A DNA stretch of 64,000 bases from Vicugna vicugna (taxonomy: Eukaryota): NCBI GenBank assembly GCA_013265495.1, contig MU058636.1:7828295-7892294 (forward strand), read 5' to 3'. A program made the position numbers and the translations under genes. Below the pieces are notes generated by a model that searched no databases, had not been told where the DNA came from, and was given only the letters and a program-made list of their open reading frames with translations. How positions within the stretch are numbered: position 1 is the first letter of the stretch; every line of letters begins with the position of its first letter. Shown in pieces: positions 1-13,400 of the stretch.

Positions 1-330
1 CTATTATTCTTTCTAGGGATTATAATATATGTGTCTGACTTTTCATAGTCTGCTAAGAGTTAACATGGTTCCATCCCCCATAATATTCAGAAATTCCACA
101 CCTATATAGGGACCTTTAACCCCCCCATCCCCAGATGTCTTTTATGAGTCAACTGTCATACGCGTTACATATACATATAGTAAATGTCCCACAAGACAGT
201 GTTATAATTTTTGTTGTAAACAGTACTTTTTAGAGAATTTAAGAAAAAATAGTCATTTGTATTTACTCAAGTATTTGTAATTTCTCATGTTCTTCATTCA
301 TTTTTAAAAATCCAGATTTATTTCTGGTAA
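1..330 (-). mobile_element. Old L1 (L1M-type) 3'-region fragment
   Basis: T-rich degenerate sequence resembling antisense old L1M 3' regions; no diagnostic ORF. Confidence 0.4.
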
Positions 331-3300
331 ATAAACAGTGTCCATTTTTCTGCACACTTGTGACCTGTGAATTGTTCACAGCAAGGCTGATTGCCTCTCT
401 GCACCCGCTGGCGGGGTTACAGGCAGCGGCAGCCACGAGGACACAGTAGTGGAGAGAGACCTGGGGGTCCTCCTATTTGTGGCTTGGGAATTGTAAAGCC
501 CAGAAGTCAAACTCTGATCATGTGGGTTTGATAATTTTCTTTCATTTCATGATGCAGTGTTACTTCTACTTAGTATGGCTGATTTAAAAAAATCATTGTT
601 TTAAAGTTGGACTCTGTATTAATTTTTATGTTCTGAACTAAGAAAAAAAAACTCAGGCCCCTCATATGTTCCAGTTTTCTTACCCTGAAGCCTGTCATTA
701 TTCTATTATTATGAGTGTTTGCAGAGGAGAGGAGGAAAAATATATGTCATAGGTATCTCACATTTTTCCTTATAAACCTTAATTAGAAAGGTTTCATGGT
801 AATACTTGCAGCTTACCTAATCCATTTCTTCCTCGCAAAGCTTTTAAACTTTGCACAGCCAGAATGGCTTTTATCTGGTGCACAAATGAAATCAAAATAA
901 AAATGCAGATTGAGCTATCAGCTACTCAACACCAGTAATCCTAGCAGTGCAGAGCAGCAGGTGAGTGATGACAGAGGCCCAAAACTGGCAGAAGAGGAAA
1001 AACCAGCTGTATGTGTTTCATCAAACTTCCCAGGACTCTTGACAACAAATCAATTCACCCTAGCAAATATTTTCTCGAGGGCCTACTTTCTTGAAGTCAT
1101 TAAGAAATTCAAAAACATCCCGTCTTTAAGTAGAATTTAGGTTTTTACACTGCATGTAAAGACTGATGCTACATCATCATTGAATAGCATCTTGGTGGTA
1201 TAATATCTCCACCCAGTACATGAACAGTCTGTGGGTGTTTTAAACGGGGGTGCATTCATAGACAATTTGAGGTACAGTAAGGCCAACAGATCAGCTCTGA
1301 CTCACCCCGGGAAGGGCAGCCCCTCCAGGGTCAGCAAGGCCCCAGATGTCAAAGGCATCAGAACAGAAAACAAAAGACGTGGTTAATACAGCAGGTGCTC
1401 CAAACCCATAACCTCACTCATCTCTGTGCTACTTTGCAATTCAGTCCATTCCCAAGCACAAGCTCGATCTCTACATTTCAGCATGTGCACCATTCACTCA
1501 GCCCTCGGGGTCTCAGGGACGGCAACGCAAACAACTGAAGCTTTCTGTCGACTTGAGAAGCTGGATAAAAACAACCGCAGCTCTGGAACAAAAGTTACCT
1601 CTACATTTTCATTATAACACACTTGCTCTAGCGAGTGGAAGTTGCATAAAATAGAAGTATCAGTGACATAAACACTTGAGAAAGGCTCAGAAAACCACAA
1701 TTAAACAGAGCAGGAAAAGAGGGAAGAATTTTCACATTACTTATCATTTGCTTCCAGTATCAAAAGCAGCTACATCTTCTCATCACCAAATTAAAATAAA
1801 ACCATAAGCATTTCAAGACATATTAGAAATATTAACCTAAGGATTCACATGAGCTGTAGATCTATTAACTAGAGAGAACCTTAACTCCCAAGAAATGAGT
1901 TTGACAATTATCCTTTCTCCTCTGGCCCAAATGCATCTCACTCAGGTCACAGCCTAGTCCCAAGAGAGCTGGCAGAAGCCTTGCCTTGTAGGGAAGGGAG
2001 CGGGGGCGAGGTTAGGGTCAGGCGGTTGAAGTCTTGCCTCATTAGTAGCCAGATGCCCAGGGTGGAGTCTCCACGACATAATAAGCTCTGGCTTAATACC
2101 CAGGCTTCAGGGGTTTGAAATATGTATCTTGCCATTTTGTTCATGCTTTTACATGACAGGAGAAAAGGAAAGAGCTGAGGTCTGGAAGAGCAGCGGTGCT
2201 GGGGAAACTTCGCCAGAGGAAGCAGGTAAACTCTCTCGGAAAGCTGACAAATGACCAGTGGCTTTTGGAAATCCATGACTGACAGGCTTATGAATGCCAA
2301 TCAGATACAAATGTGGCTGTGATAACTGTGGTTATGTAGTTGGGAGAAATGCAAAAAGGAAATACTGTGATGAAACAAACTAAGCTGTTTCATTCAAGTG
2401 GGAAAGAGAATTGTAAACTTCCGGTGATTTGCAACATCATAGTGATGCGCTGTTCCTAGGCAACAAAATGGTGGAAAATCTGACCCACTGGGGAGGTTGG
2501 GAGCAAGGTTCTTCCTTTCTCTGAGTGATATGATACAGATGCAAACAGTGGGGGAACCTATCTAATAAACAGAAACTGAGAGTTGGCCGGTTTCCTTCCT
2601 ATTTGCAGACTTTCCAACGATCGGCAAAATGCTGTCATCTCCATTGTGTGGAGGGAACAAAGGCTCACAGAGGTTAATAGGAGACTGGAGATCACATACC
2701 TAAAAAGAAAGTGAAATAGGTCTTATTTCACATTGCAGATTCTTTTCACTGTACCCTTATTGTCTTTCTGGCTATCAGTTAGCCTATTAGAAGCACCATT
2801 CCACTAGAAAACAGAGATAGTGTCTACTGAGATATTTAACACCTAACCAAGCATACTGAAAAAAATCTTAGATTTTATAGGATAATATTTATATTGGTTA
2901 AAGGACACAACTTAAGTAAGAAACATTTAGCCAGAAATATGGACGTCTGGTAACTTTCATTGCCAAAGGATTAAAAATGCTTATAGAGGATTAAAAATAT
3001 GCCAGATAGAACGAAAACTCAGATGGCTATTTCAATAAAGGCACTCTTTAAAATAACACTGCAACAATAATTATTTAGCTTTAAATTTTCTTTCCAACAC
3101 AATTCTTTACCCTCTTCTTTACAGATTTTACAAAAAGCAAGAAAATTCCCAGTGAAGTCAATTATTGATCATAAAGTTGATAGGCTCTTGTCTTATAAAA
3201 ACAGTGAACAGAATGGCAAAATACATACTTCACATTTTTTAAGTCTGAGTTTACAGATTCCCTTTGTATTTTTTCTTCCTTCTAATCTCTTCTGATGTTT

Positions 3301-5619
3301 CAGCCACAAACATATTCTTTTTGTAATATCTTCACTATCCTCAAGAGTCTATAAATTCTTGTGGCTAAGAAAAATCCACAGAGCCCGTTATGATGGAAGG
3401 GGGAGGTGTGAGCGGTGGGCCAGAGAACAAATTTTGAAATGCCGATCACAGCCCGCCTCTTCCACTCACCCAGACTCCTCCAGCCACATCCCAGGCACGT
3501 ACCCCTGCTCTCTCAGGCCACAATTCGAAATCCTAATATAAAAAGCAAAATAGGACTTTAGAATATTTTCTACATTTTCTCTTTTATCCCACAATTTTTG
3601 AGAATTGAATTCTAACAGGAATAGAGTGAAAAAACTGATTATGGTTGAACACATTCAAGAAATATGCTTTGCAGAAAGTGATCTTATATCACGGCTGAGT
3701 TCTTTTCAGTCAGTCATCTTAATTACTTAAAAATTTTTCTAGATTGGCATATTTGTTTGTCTTATTTTTAACTATCCTAAAATTCTTAAGTTTTAAACAT
3801 GCATATTTGCATTCCTGTTCTCCTATTCAAAATATGAGAGGAGAGTCTTGGGATTGATTGCAGTGAAACACTGGTAAAATCTAGACAGTAAACAAAAATA
3901 CTAGCACAGAATGCATATCAAACCCAGAGAAAATGTGTTATGGTTCCAAAATACATTATTTAAGCTTCCTATACTTAAAAAAATTCTCTTGTTTTGTTAT
4001 TTGCAACCAGTCCTTCAAGAATTCAGAAACCAAGAAAGAAAGCCGGTAAATTAAGGCTGTCAAATAAGGGGTCCTTAAAAGTCTATGGTTAAAACTGTGG
4101 GGAGAAAGTACACACTCAAGGAAGATATCCTAGCATTATTCGGTTTTATAGAATCACTTAACAGGATGGTTAGAGGTTTGCAGCTAGAAAAGATCTCCAG
4201 ACAGTATGTTGTAAGGAACCAACCATGCTGTTCTGGAAAAGCCAAGGACCAGATGATCTGTTAAGTCTTCTCATCACTTAACTTCTCCAATACCATGATG
4301 TGCAGGTGTGTAAAAGCCTTATATAAATTTCTGGGCACTGCAGGATATTCTGAAGGAAGGAGAGAGAAGAACTCCATTGATCTTAAGGAAACTCGTGTCT
4401 GCACAGATTTCAATACTAAAGCAATTTCTAGCTTTCTGCCCAAATGGATTAGGTTTTAGTCGCATCCATAAATTCTCTGAAGAGGCTGGGGATTACAGTG
4501 GTTTAGATTCCTTCCAGATGCCCGAGAGGAGAAACAGATTGAAAGAAAAGGTAGATGGCCCTGGGGAGAGGGCCCTTGGCCAGCACAGCCCCCTGGGGTT
4601 CCCACTCAGGCAGGTGATGAAATTAGCTATAGTCGGGTGACTGCATATGTAGGTCGTGATCTCATGTGCATTTGCCCCACAGTTAAGAAAGTCGTCATTT
4701 TCAGAAAAACTCTGTTTACGGCAAATCAAGAGTAATGCAAATACATTTTTAAATTACATAAACAGAAGTAATCAGATTTACCCGAATGCCCCAACTCGTC
4801 TGGGGCTCTCTAAGAAGATGAAGCCCTTATCCATTTCCAGTCTGGACTTCAGCTTGCTATCTCACTGTAAACCCTCCCGCAACAACCCCTCCAGAAATCA
4901 TTTTTGCTTCTAAAAGCTCAGTACTTGGGTTTATTCTTCAAAGGTCATCAGGCTGTTGGTAAACTCTTTAACTGTCTCAATATTTAGCTTTTGAAAATCA
5001 GTTTTAAATCACCCATCACCGCTGATTATGTGGGAACACAAGCTGGGGCCTGGCCTGATGCCAGGTCCGCAACAGAGCTGCAGGGGGGCAGGTCAGGTCA
5101 GGGCAGCGGCCCTGCAGACTCTAATCCCGGAGGGTTATTTCTTTCCAGCCAAGTCTACAGACATTAACTTGCACAGATCTGGAGTTCCCTCATCTCTATT
5201 TTTTAAATGGACTTTTAGGATGTAAAGGTGAAAGGGGTTAAATTCTTAATTTGTGTTGGAATAATACCAAAGGACATAACTAAATAAATGATTTCAAATC
5301 AAGGTTCCAAGTGCATACTTTTAAGACAATGACAAATATGTTTTAGGGCTTGTCCCATGACTCTAAAGTACGGAAAAATGAACCCTCTGCAATCATACTC
5401 AGAATTGTGCATATATTGACTGACTATGTGCAGTTTTCATCAGAAACTCAAAAAGATCTCTGGCCCAGAAAAATGGGGTTAAGAACCACTGCCTGAGGGA
5501 ACATTTGCCTTGCAAACAAATAGTGCTACCATTTAATTCAATTCAGGAAATAACTGAGTCATCTTTGCTGGATACTTTGCTACATAGCAGAGGTAAAAAC
5601 CTGAATATGGAACAGGAGG

Positions 5620-5850
5620 GTAGTGTCCTTTATTCAGCTCCTACCATGTGTCACACCCAAGCCTATAGACTTTCTTATTCCGATCTCCTCTAATGTACAC
5701 AGAGGTCTTAGGGCTTCATTATAATTATACAGAATTTACAGATACAGAAGTCACCTGCCCAAAGTCACAAACTATGAAGAGGAGAAGCAAGGATTCAAAA
5801 TTAAGCTGATCTGAATCATCCATGCTTGCTTGTTCCATGATGTGCCCCAG
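5620..5850 (-). mobile_element. MIR SINE remnant
   Basis: MIR core-like 'acagatacagaagtcacctgcccaaagtcacaaact...ggattcaaaa'. Confidence 0.6.
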
Positions 5851-6535
5851 ATGACACAGCACAAAGCAGACAAAATGATCTAAGTGCTGAATGAATGCAA
5901 ACAACATGTGACTTCCAAAAAGGCTCTATTTTGTCCCCTTCCTTCTTTCTCTGCCTTCACCATCTTAATTGCAGTCATCATATCTTTCCCCTGAACAAAG
6001 GCAACAGTGTTTTATGTGACTTCCCTGCCTCTGCCCTTGGGGGATCTAGTGTAATTCACTCAGCAGCCAGGTTGATCTAACTCATCACATCACTTCTTGG
6101 CTTAAAACCTGTAGTGGATTCCTACTGAGAACAGCCGTGATCATGTATTGTATGAAGTACCACCCTTAGACATGGGCAAGGGGGGCTCCTCGGGGGGCCT
6201 CTACACTTTGGGGTGCCTTCCCTGGAATTTTCTAAGACCCCCGCCCAAGTCCCTGATACCAGTAAGGACCAATAGAGACATCAGGTTGGGGCCCTCCAGC
6301 CCAGATGAGGACCTGCATGGATGCTGGCCTCGGCTTCTCCCCCTTGAGGGCACTCCCCAGCATGCCTAGATGATCGTCCTGGGCTATGCTGGCCAGGTTC
6401 CAGGGGGGAACCTGGAGATAGAATCGCTCCCACTGACCTGTAAGGTATTTCTTTTGAGAGATCTTGCAAGATTGAAATGGTGCTGGCATGATGATGTTGG
6501 GTGACACGTGGGACGCAGGACAGGTTTAGGGCTCT

Positions 6536-6971
6536 TGCATAGTTCCTATTGCTGTTGAAGCAAATTACAACAAATATAGTGTTCTACATTTATGATCTTG
6601 CAGCTCTGGAGGTCAGATGTCTAAAATGGGTACACAGGGCTGCATTCCTCTGGAAACTCTAGCAGAGAATCTGTTTCCTTGACTTTTCCAGGCTCTAGAG
6701 TCTGCCTGCGTTACTTCACTTGTGGTTTTTTCCTCCATCTTCAAAACCAGTACTGTAGCAACTTATCTCATCTCCTATCTTCTCTTCTCCTTCCTTCTTT
6801 TAGGGACATTTGTGATTGCATCAGGCCCACTTGTGTAATTCAGGATCTCCACATCTCAAGATCCTTAACTTACCTCTGCAAAGTCCCTTTTGCTATATAA
6901 AGTAACATAGTGTCGGGTTCTGGGAATCAGGATGTGGACATCTTTGGAGGGCCATAATTCATCCTACTACA
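6536..6971 (-). mobile_element. MaLR solo LTR (MLT1-type)
   Basis: Ends 'tgcatagttcctattgctg...aaattacaacaaa' and 'gggccataattcatcctactaca'; internal 'atctcaagatccttaact...ctgcaaagtcccttttgc' typical of antisense MLT1. Confidence 0.8.
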
Positions 6972-7289
6972 GTTCTGGACTTCCTACGGTCCACTGCCCA
7001 CCCTTGGGCTTGGGCTGGGGTAGGGGGAGGTGTCAGCCTTGCCTGTTTGTGTTCCTACTGAGGCGCTGCCTTCATTCCATAGCACCTGAGGGCAGTGGTG
7101 GTGGTGACAGGCGTCCTTTGCCCTGTCAGTAACTCTAAAGATAATAGCTTAGTCATCAACCCCTAACCTCACTCCTACACATGAACTATTCCAACAGCTC
7201 TCACATAGCTATATTGTGAAAACCTCTTAGGATGTTTCACTGAAGTGGATTATTTTGAAACCTACCAGATCCAACCTCCTCCCTCTCAA

Positions 7290-8100
7290 AATAATAATAA
7301 TTCTTCCTGGATTAAAGATCTTACTATGAAAAACAAAATTATAAAGCTTTTAAAAAAGGAATATAAGAAATATCTTGATGATTTTGAGATACAAAGGAAT
7401 TTCTTAGATAACAAAAATCACTCATAATAAAAGGAAAGGAAGCTAAATTTGACATTAGAACATTCCTTCATTGAGACACCTCAAAAAGTATGAAAAGGTA
7501 AACCACAGAGTAGGAGAAGATATTTGCAGCACACACAATAGATGAAGGATTATTATTCAGAATATATAAAGAGCTCATATAATAAAAAGGCAGACAATGC
7601 ATTTTTTTAAATATGCTAAATTCTTGAACTGGTTCTTCACATGAGAGGAAACCCAATAGCCATTTACATGAGCATGAACTCAACTACGGAGTAACCAAGG
7701 AAATGCAAATTCATACCACAAGGAGACACCGCAATATGCTCATTAGAATCAGCAAATATCAAAAAGTCTGAAAATACCTGATGTATGTGTTTGTGTGAAT
7801 GTGGAACATCAGAGATTCTTATTTACTGCTTTTGGGGAAGTAAACGGGAACCACCACTTTGGAAAACAAGTTGGTGTCATCCAGTAAATTGGGAGATATT
7901 TATATAACCAGTCAATCCATGTTAGGTTTATTTTCTGGAGATATGTGTGTTTGTGTACAGGAGAAGACATACACAAACATGCTCAGAGTGGCATAGTTTG
8001 TAATTTCCCCAAACTGGAAACAACCCAAATATCCATTAATGATAGAATGGACATAATACACACCATGGAATACTATACAACAATGAAAATCAATAAACCC
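7290..8100 (+). mobile_element. Old L1 ORF2 3' part, degenerate
   Basis: 'gagaagatatttgcagcacac', 'ggaaatgcaaatt', 'accactttggaaaac', 'aaactggaaacaacccaaatatcca', 'atggaatactatacaacaatgaaa' match the decayed L1 ORF2 C-terminal region. Confidence 0.85.
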
Positions 8101-8939
8101 TAACGCTCACTCTTTCTATTCAACATTTATTGCACTTTTTTATTCTAGGAACTGAGACAGGAAGTCAAAATAATTTAAGACAAACCCTCTCTTAGAGTAA
8201 CTCACAGGGGAAAAAAACAGGTAAACTAATACTTACAGTTCTACGTGATATTAATGAAGCACTACACTCAAAAAAAATGCTTTATAGATTTATCTTACTG
8301 TATCCTTTCCTCCCTCTTCTGGCTAAAAAAAAAAAAAGAGAATCCCATTTTCTCCTCACTCTTCTCTTTGAAATTAAAACAGAATCGAGCTGAGGAGATA
8401 TACAGTATACTGGAAAAAGAAAATGGCAAATTACAACATCAAAAGCAAAAGCAAATGGCTCAAATCCCATGGACTTTCGGAGTAATTTTTATGTGGCCAT
8501 AAGATTAGACATAGCCATGCCTCTCTGGAGCAATTAGCTTGCTCTTTAATCTTATGGGCGCTGTGAATTGTGAAACTAATCAAGTCTCTTTCATGAATTG
8601 GCTTCTAGAAGATTAGAATCAAATTTGTGTCCACCCCAGAAGCGTAGATGGTGTGTTTTTATGTCATATTCCTTGACCTCTGTTATTCCCTGTTCCTTTT
8701 CATCTGCTTTTAATGTACTTATTGGATTCAGCTACTTACGTTTTATGTACAAAGGCAAGAGTAAATCCTTTCTGCAAGGAGCTAGGGGATGGATGAATGA
8801 GCAGTATGGGATGGGACAGATTAGGGTGGGAGAGAACAGGACATTGTCTTATCCCTCTTCAAGAACACCAGGTGTTTCGAGGGAGGAGACTACATTATTC
8901 ATCGTTATCCTCCCAGCAGGATGCCAAGCACAGAGTCAG

Positions 8940-9280
8940 GTATTTTAGTCAACTTGGCTTCGACTGTGCTGCAGGATATACAAACTCAAAATCACAGTGG
9001 TTTACAACAACAGATATTTACTTCTTGTTCACATTATATGTGGTCCGCATGTCAGCTGGGCTCTGCTAGGCCTGATACCATCTCACTCTCATTCCGGAAT
9101 CTCTCCTCTTGTGGAATCTAGGCTGAAGGAGAAGTCATTATCTAAGATAATGGGGCTGGCTTCAGCCATTCCGTGTGATGGCATTTAAAGCTTCTGTTCA
9201 ATCATAGCAACGGTCATGCCTGGTCATTCGCATTGGCCAAAGCATGCCAGGAGGGGGTAAATCGTGAACTGTGAATATCC
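8940..9280. mobile_element. Old MaLR LTR fragment (MLT1J/K-like)
   Basis: 'ctcaaaatcacagtggtttacaacaacagatatttacttcttgttcac...cattggccaaagca'. Confidence 0.6.
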
Positions 9281-9556
9281 AATGAACATTTGCTAAGTGA
9301 GTGCTGCCACCCTTACAGACATAGTTTTGCTACAATACAGGGTGAAGCTCCCCTGCCGTGAGCAATTGCTCTCAGATAAACAACACCCCACCCACCTCCC
9401 AGATTTGCCTCCCAGAAGATTAGTTGTGGAAGAGGGAAGACTGAACCATTGGAGCAAAGCATTTCCTCTATTCCCCCACAGCTCAGTGAGCAATGCCAAT
9501 GAAAAGTGAGACAGGAGAGTTCATAGGCTGATTAATTCTTAATCTCGTAGAACAAA

Positions 9557-9692
9557 CTTTCCTGTGCATCAGAATCACCTAGGGAGCTTGTTAAAAAATA
9601 CAAATTTCCACTGACATTGGATCTACCAGAGCAGGAGCTTATGTTTATAAACTCTGCCTGGGTTTCTGAGGCACAGCTGTTTGGGAACCCCG
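9557..9692. mobile_element. MER5-type hAT MITE
   Basis: 'gcatcagaatcacctagggagcttgttaaaaaatacaaat...gtttgggaacc'. Confidence 0.65.
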
Positions 9693-10050
9693 CACCAGAG
9701 CCAGGGCAATTGTGTCTTTGATGGAAGAGACTTCTCAGACCCGCCCGCTCCTGAAACTCAGGAAAGAGCAGCCCTGGCTTTCCCAGACCTCACTGACCTC
9801 TACTGCGAGGGGGCGTGTGCGGAAGACCAGGTCCCCACTCCCCTGGGCTCACCAAGCACCTGAGCGAGCCTCTGTTCCAAGTGACTGCAGACACCGTAAT
9901 GATCTGCACCCAGTTCTGTGAACAACCAACCACCTGAGCACTGGGAACTCGTCTGGCTTGCCTTCACCTCCCCAGTGCCAACCCAGGACTTAGAATAAAT
10001 GATTACTGGAGAAATGAATCAATCTCCTTAGTGATCCCTATTTAACCCAG

Positions 10051-10245
10051 CAGTAGCTCTCAGACTTCGGCATGTGCAGAATCAGCTGGAGAACTTGCTA
10101 AGGGATCACCAGCCCCACCTCCAGAGTTCCTGATTCACGAAGACCTGGGGAGGGGCCAAAGGGCCAAGCAGCTGTTTGCTGACAAGTTCCTAGGTGATGG
10201 CCACGCTGGCGCTGCTGGTGCAGGCCTGTCCTTAGAGAAACCCTG
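10051..10245. mobile_element. MER5A-type hAT MITE
   Basis: Degenerate TIRs 'cagtagctctca...' and '...tagagaaaccctg'; internal 'cagaatcagctggag', 'cagagttcctgattca', 'gacaagttcctaggtgatg'. Confidence 0.75.
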
Positions 10246-11729
10246 TGTTAGAACTCTTCACTTCAGCTTCTTTGCCTATTCAGTTAGAAAAACAGAACCT
10301 GCTCAAAGGCCTAACTATAGGCCTCAGAATTTTACATCACTTTGCAGTGGCTTTAAATGTCCAGTCATGTCAGTCTACAAACTTATACGTGACAAAATCT
10401 ATCTTCAGTACCCTATTACTGAATTCATTTTAGTTCAAAAGGCCCCTGAGGGCAGGAGCCTTTGGTCCCTGCTGGATCCCAAGAACAGTCCTGGCACGTA
10501 GTTGATTGCCTTAGAAACGACTGCTGAAGAGATGAACGAGTCATCCCAGTGGCTGACTCTGGATTCGCGCCCCACCTGGTCTAGGGATCAGGCTCTGCTC
10601 CCAGCACCAGTGACACTGGCAGGTGTGATTTATGGTGTATGGTATTTTTTTTTTTTTGCCAAGCGTGAGATCTAGCTCTCACTCTCTTCAACCTGGGGCA
10701 AGGTTCTTAGAGGAAGATTCCAGTTCTCTGCTCTCAAGAGTCTTGGTGAAATTTTCTAATTCTTCAGCTTTTCCTTTTTGAAAAAATAATTAAATAAAAG
10801 TGTATCTCTTACAAATCAGAAGACTTTGGCTTTTAAATACACTGTTCTGGCTTTGAATTTCATGTACCTAGTTTGGAACTCAAAGCTGAAAATTTGACTT
10901 ATTTTTCACAATGATATTTATCTGTGCTTGCAGAGCGAGGAGCCTCAGCCTTACTTTTATAAGTAAATGGTCTTAAACAGGCCTTTTACCTAGACCCTTT
11001 CTAAAGGACTCTAAGTAAAAGGAATGAAAGAAGAATGCATCAATTAGTATTTCAAAATAGTTTCCTCCTACACTTTATTTTGTTTCTATCATATACACAT
11101 GTAAGATGCCATATTACATGATCAACATCTTACATGATTATATTACATGATCGTATTACATCAGCGTCATAACCAAACAAAACCCCATAGGAAATGTTCC
11201 TTTGTGTATGGAACTTAAATGCCTTTTCAAGAAGATGTGACAGCATCATCTAGCCACAGAAGGGAGCCCTCCATCCTTCGGCAGTCTTTACTGGTGGGCC
11301 CTGAGGGTCTCACAACCTCACTAACAGTGCAAATAGTTCCTTTCTACTCAAGGAATTTCTCAGGAGACCACTCTGTCAAGAAGGCCCCCCGTCGCAGCCT
11401 GCTCTGTGGCAGCCGCAACCTCGTCATCCTAAGTAACACAGCCAGAAATGTAGGTTTGCTCTGATGCCAGGAAGAGTAAAAATGGCGACGACAACACTTG
11501 CAGAGGAGCACACCTTCTGTTGCCATCTCTGTCTTGCTATTGACTGAGAGGAATTCAGTGCCCAGACCAGGAGAGCACAAAGGGAAGTGAGGGAATGTAA
11601 GTGCCCTGAAATATGGGCACCCTGGCGTGGCTGGGTCCTGCTTATCCTCAGGATGCCCAAGCTCAGGTGTTGGAAGCAGGGGGCAGCTCTGTAAACACCG
11701 ACTTAAGAGGCTGGAGGAGGAAAGGGACT

Positions 11730-11945
11730 ACTTATTGAGTGTCTATCGTATCCCAGGATGATGGCTGAGCACTCTGCAGACATTATCTCATTTTGTCATT
11801 AAAACAGCTCAAATGTGAATGCAACGATGCAAGGATTATGCATTTTGCAGACGAGAAAACTGACATTTGTAACGTGCCCAAGATTACACAAAGCAAGATT
11901 TGAATCCCGGTTTATAACTTCAAGTCTTTGCCTCTTCCATGACAT
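11730..11945 (-). mobile_element. MIR SINE remnant
   Basis: 'acttattgagtgtcta...cattttgcagacgagaaaactga...gcccaagattacac...atttgaatcc'. Confidence 0.75.
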
Positions 11946-13194
11946 CACAGATCTCTGCCTTCAGAGATCAAATAAAGAGAACAGAGCAGCCAAGACTGTC
12001 AAGTGGCAACCAGGAAAGTGGGTCCTTGTCAGAGGGAACAGCGTGTGCTGGGCTTCTCGCACGATAACATGTCTGGTTTTCCCTCCCTGGGATGCACCTC
12101 GGTGCAGGACCCAGAAGGGAGCCCTGGGGGACAGTTAGAGGAAGAACACGGATTCTGTATTGTGGTGAGCTTCTCCATCAGAGGTGTGAAGAAAGGGCAG
12201 ATGGTTAAGGAGATGAGGTCATGCAGAGGGGGATGAGCCAGCAGAATGGCTTTCCTTGATGTTTCTCTAAGGGACTCTCTGAGATTGGCTTTGGACCATC
12301 GTCCCTCAGCAACTCTGCTCCCCAAGCATGCGGATCTTTAAACAGAGTTCAGAATTGCCGATTCCCCAGGAACGGGAATGAGAAAAGGGCAGATGTCCTG
12401 TTTATATCCAGTCATAGAGGGGACTTTCCTTTGGCATTAAAGAAAGCAAACCAAAACAATACCCACAGTTTTTGTTTATTTGTTTGTTTGTTTGTTTTTG
12501 GAGATACCTGTCCAGGTGAGCAGGGACAGTGTCAGGAAAAATATTCTTCGAATTTCATTTGGAAAAATCTACTCCACACTGTGATCTCAGGCAACCTTCC
12601 TGACTTGGGTTTCACAAAGGACCCGTTTGGAAATAACAAGAGCCTGGAAAGCTTGTCCAAGCTCGAGGCAGCCTGAGAGCTTCCTGAACCTCCTTCCTTG
12701 GTCTCCACTCTGCATCCCTAGGTCGGCCTGGGCAAGGAGACGGGGTGCTCACCTCCTCACAGGGAGGGAAACCTCAGTCACCAGCTGGTGTGGGGGCCAC
12801 TGTGCCCCCGCAGCATCCTTCTTAGAGGGTTTCACTCTCGGAACCGTGCCCCATCTAAAAGCAACCTCTGCTCCCACCTGTTTATTCTGTTCCAGGTGCT
12901 CTGTTTCCAGCCAGACTTGTCTGCTTTTTTCCATTGTTCCCACCTCATCAGGTTCAGCTCGGTTTGATCTAGTGGAGAGGGGTCTCCCTCTAGACACCGC
13001 TGGCGTTCCTCCAGTATCACCCCAAGTTCATACTGCTTTTAGTTGGTCCTTCTCTGCTTCATGGAACACCCATCTCTCTCATCAGGTTTCTTGACCATGA
13101 ACCCTGCTATGGCTCTAAACCATCTTGATACTCATCAGTTTCTCTTGAAGTTCCATGTGGTAAGGTTTATACTCTCTTTCACAAGTTTTGGTAA

Positions 13195-13400
13195 TGCAGT
13201 GTGGTAGAAACAGAGCAGCTTTGGAATCAAATACATTTATAAATTGGAGGAGTTTGGGAAAATTCCTTACCTTCCTGAGGCTCCATTTCCTCATCAGCAA
13301 AATGAGTACAGGAATAATTATTTCATATGATTGTAGGAAAGATTAAACGAGATAAAGTGCCTATCACAGGGCCAGGTTGCCAGGTATACAGGGGAGCACT
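13195..13400 (+). mobile_element. MIR SINE remnant
   Basis: 'gcagtgtggtagaaacagagca...ctccatttcctcatcagcaaaatgag...gattaaacgagataa'. Confidence 0.75.

Noticed and set aside
6130..6530. GC-rich segment that may be an LTR fragment
   Set aside because: I could not match termini or a family with enough confidence to list it
12627..13094. 155-aa plus-strand ORF
   Set aside because: TTG start, low-complexity Ser/Leu/Cys content, no recognisable protein family
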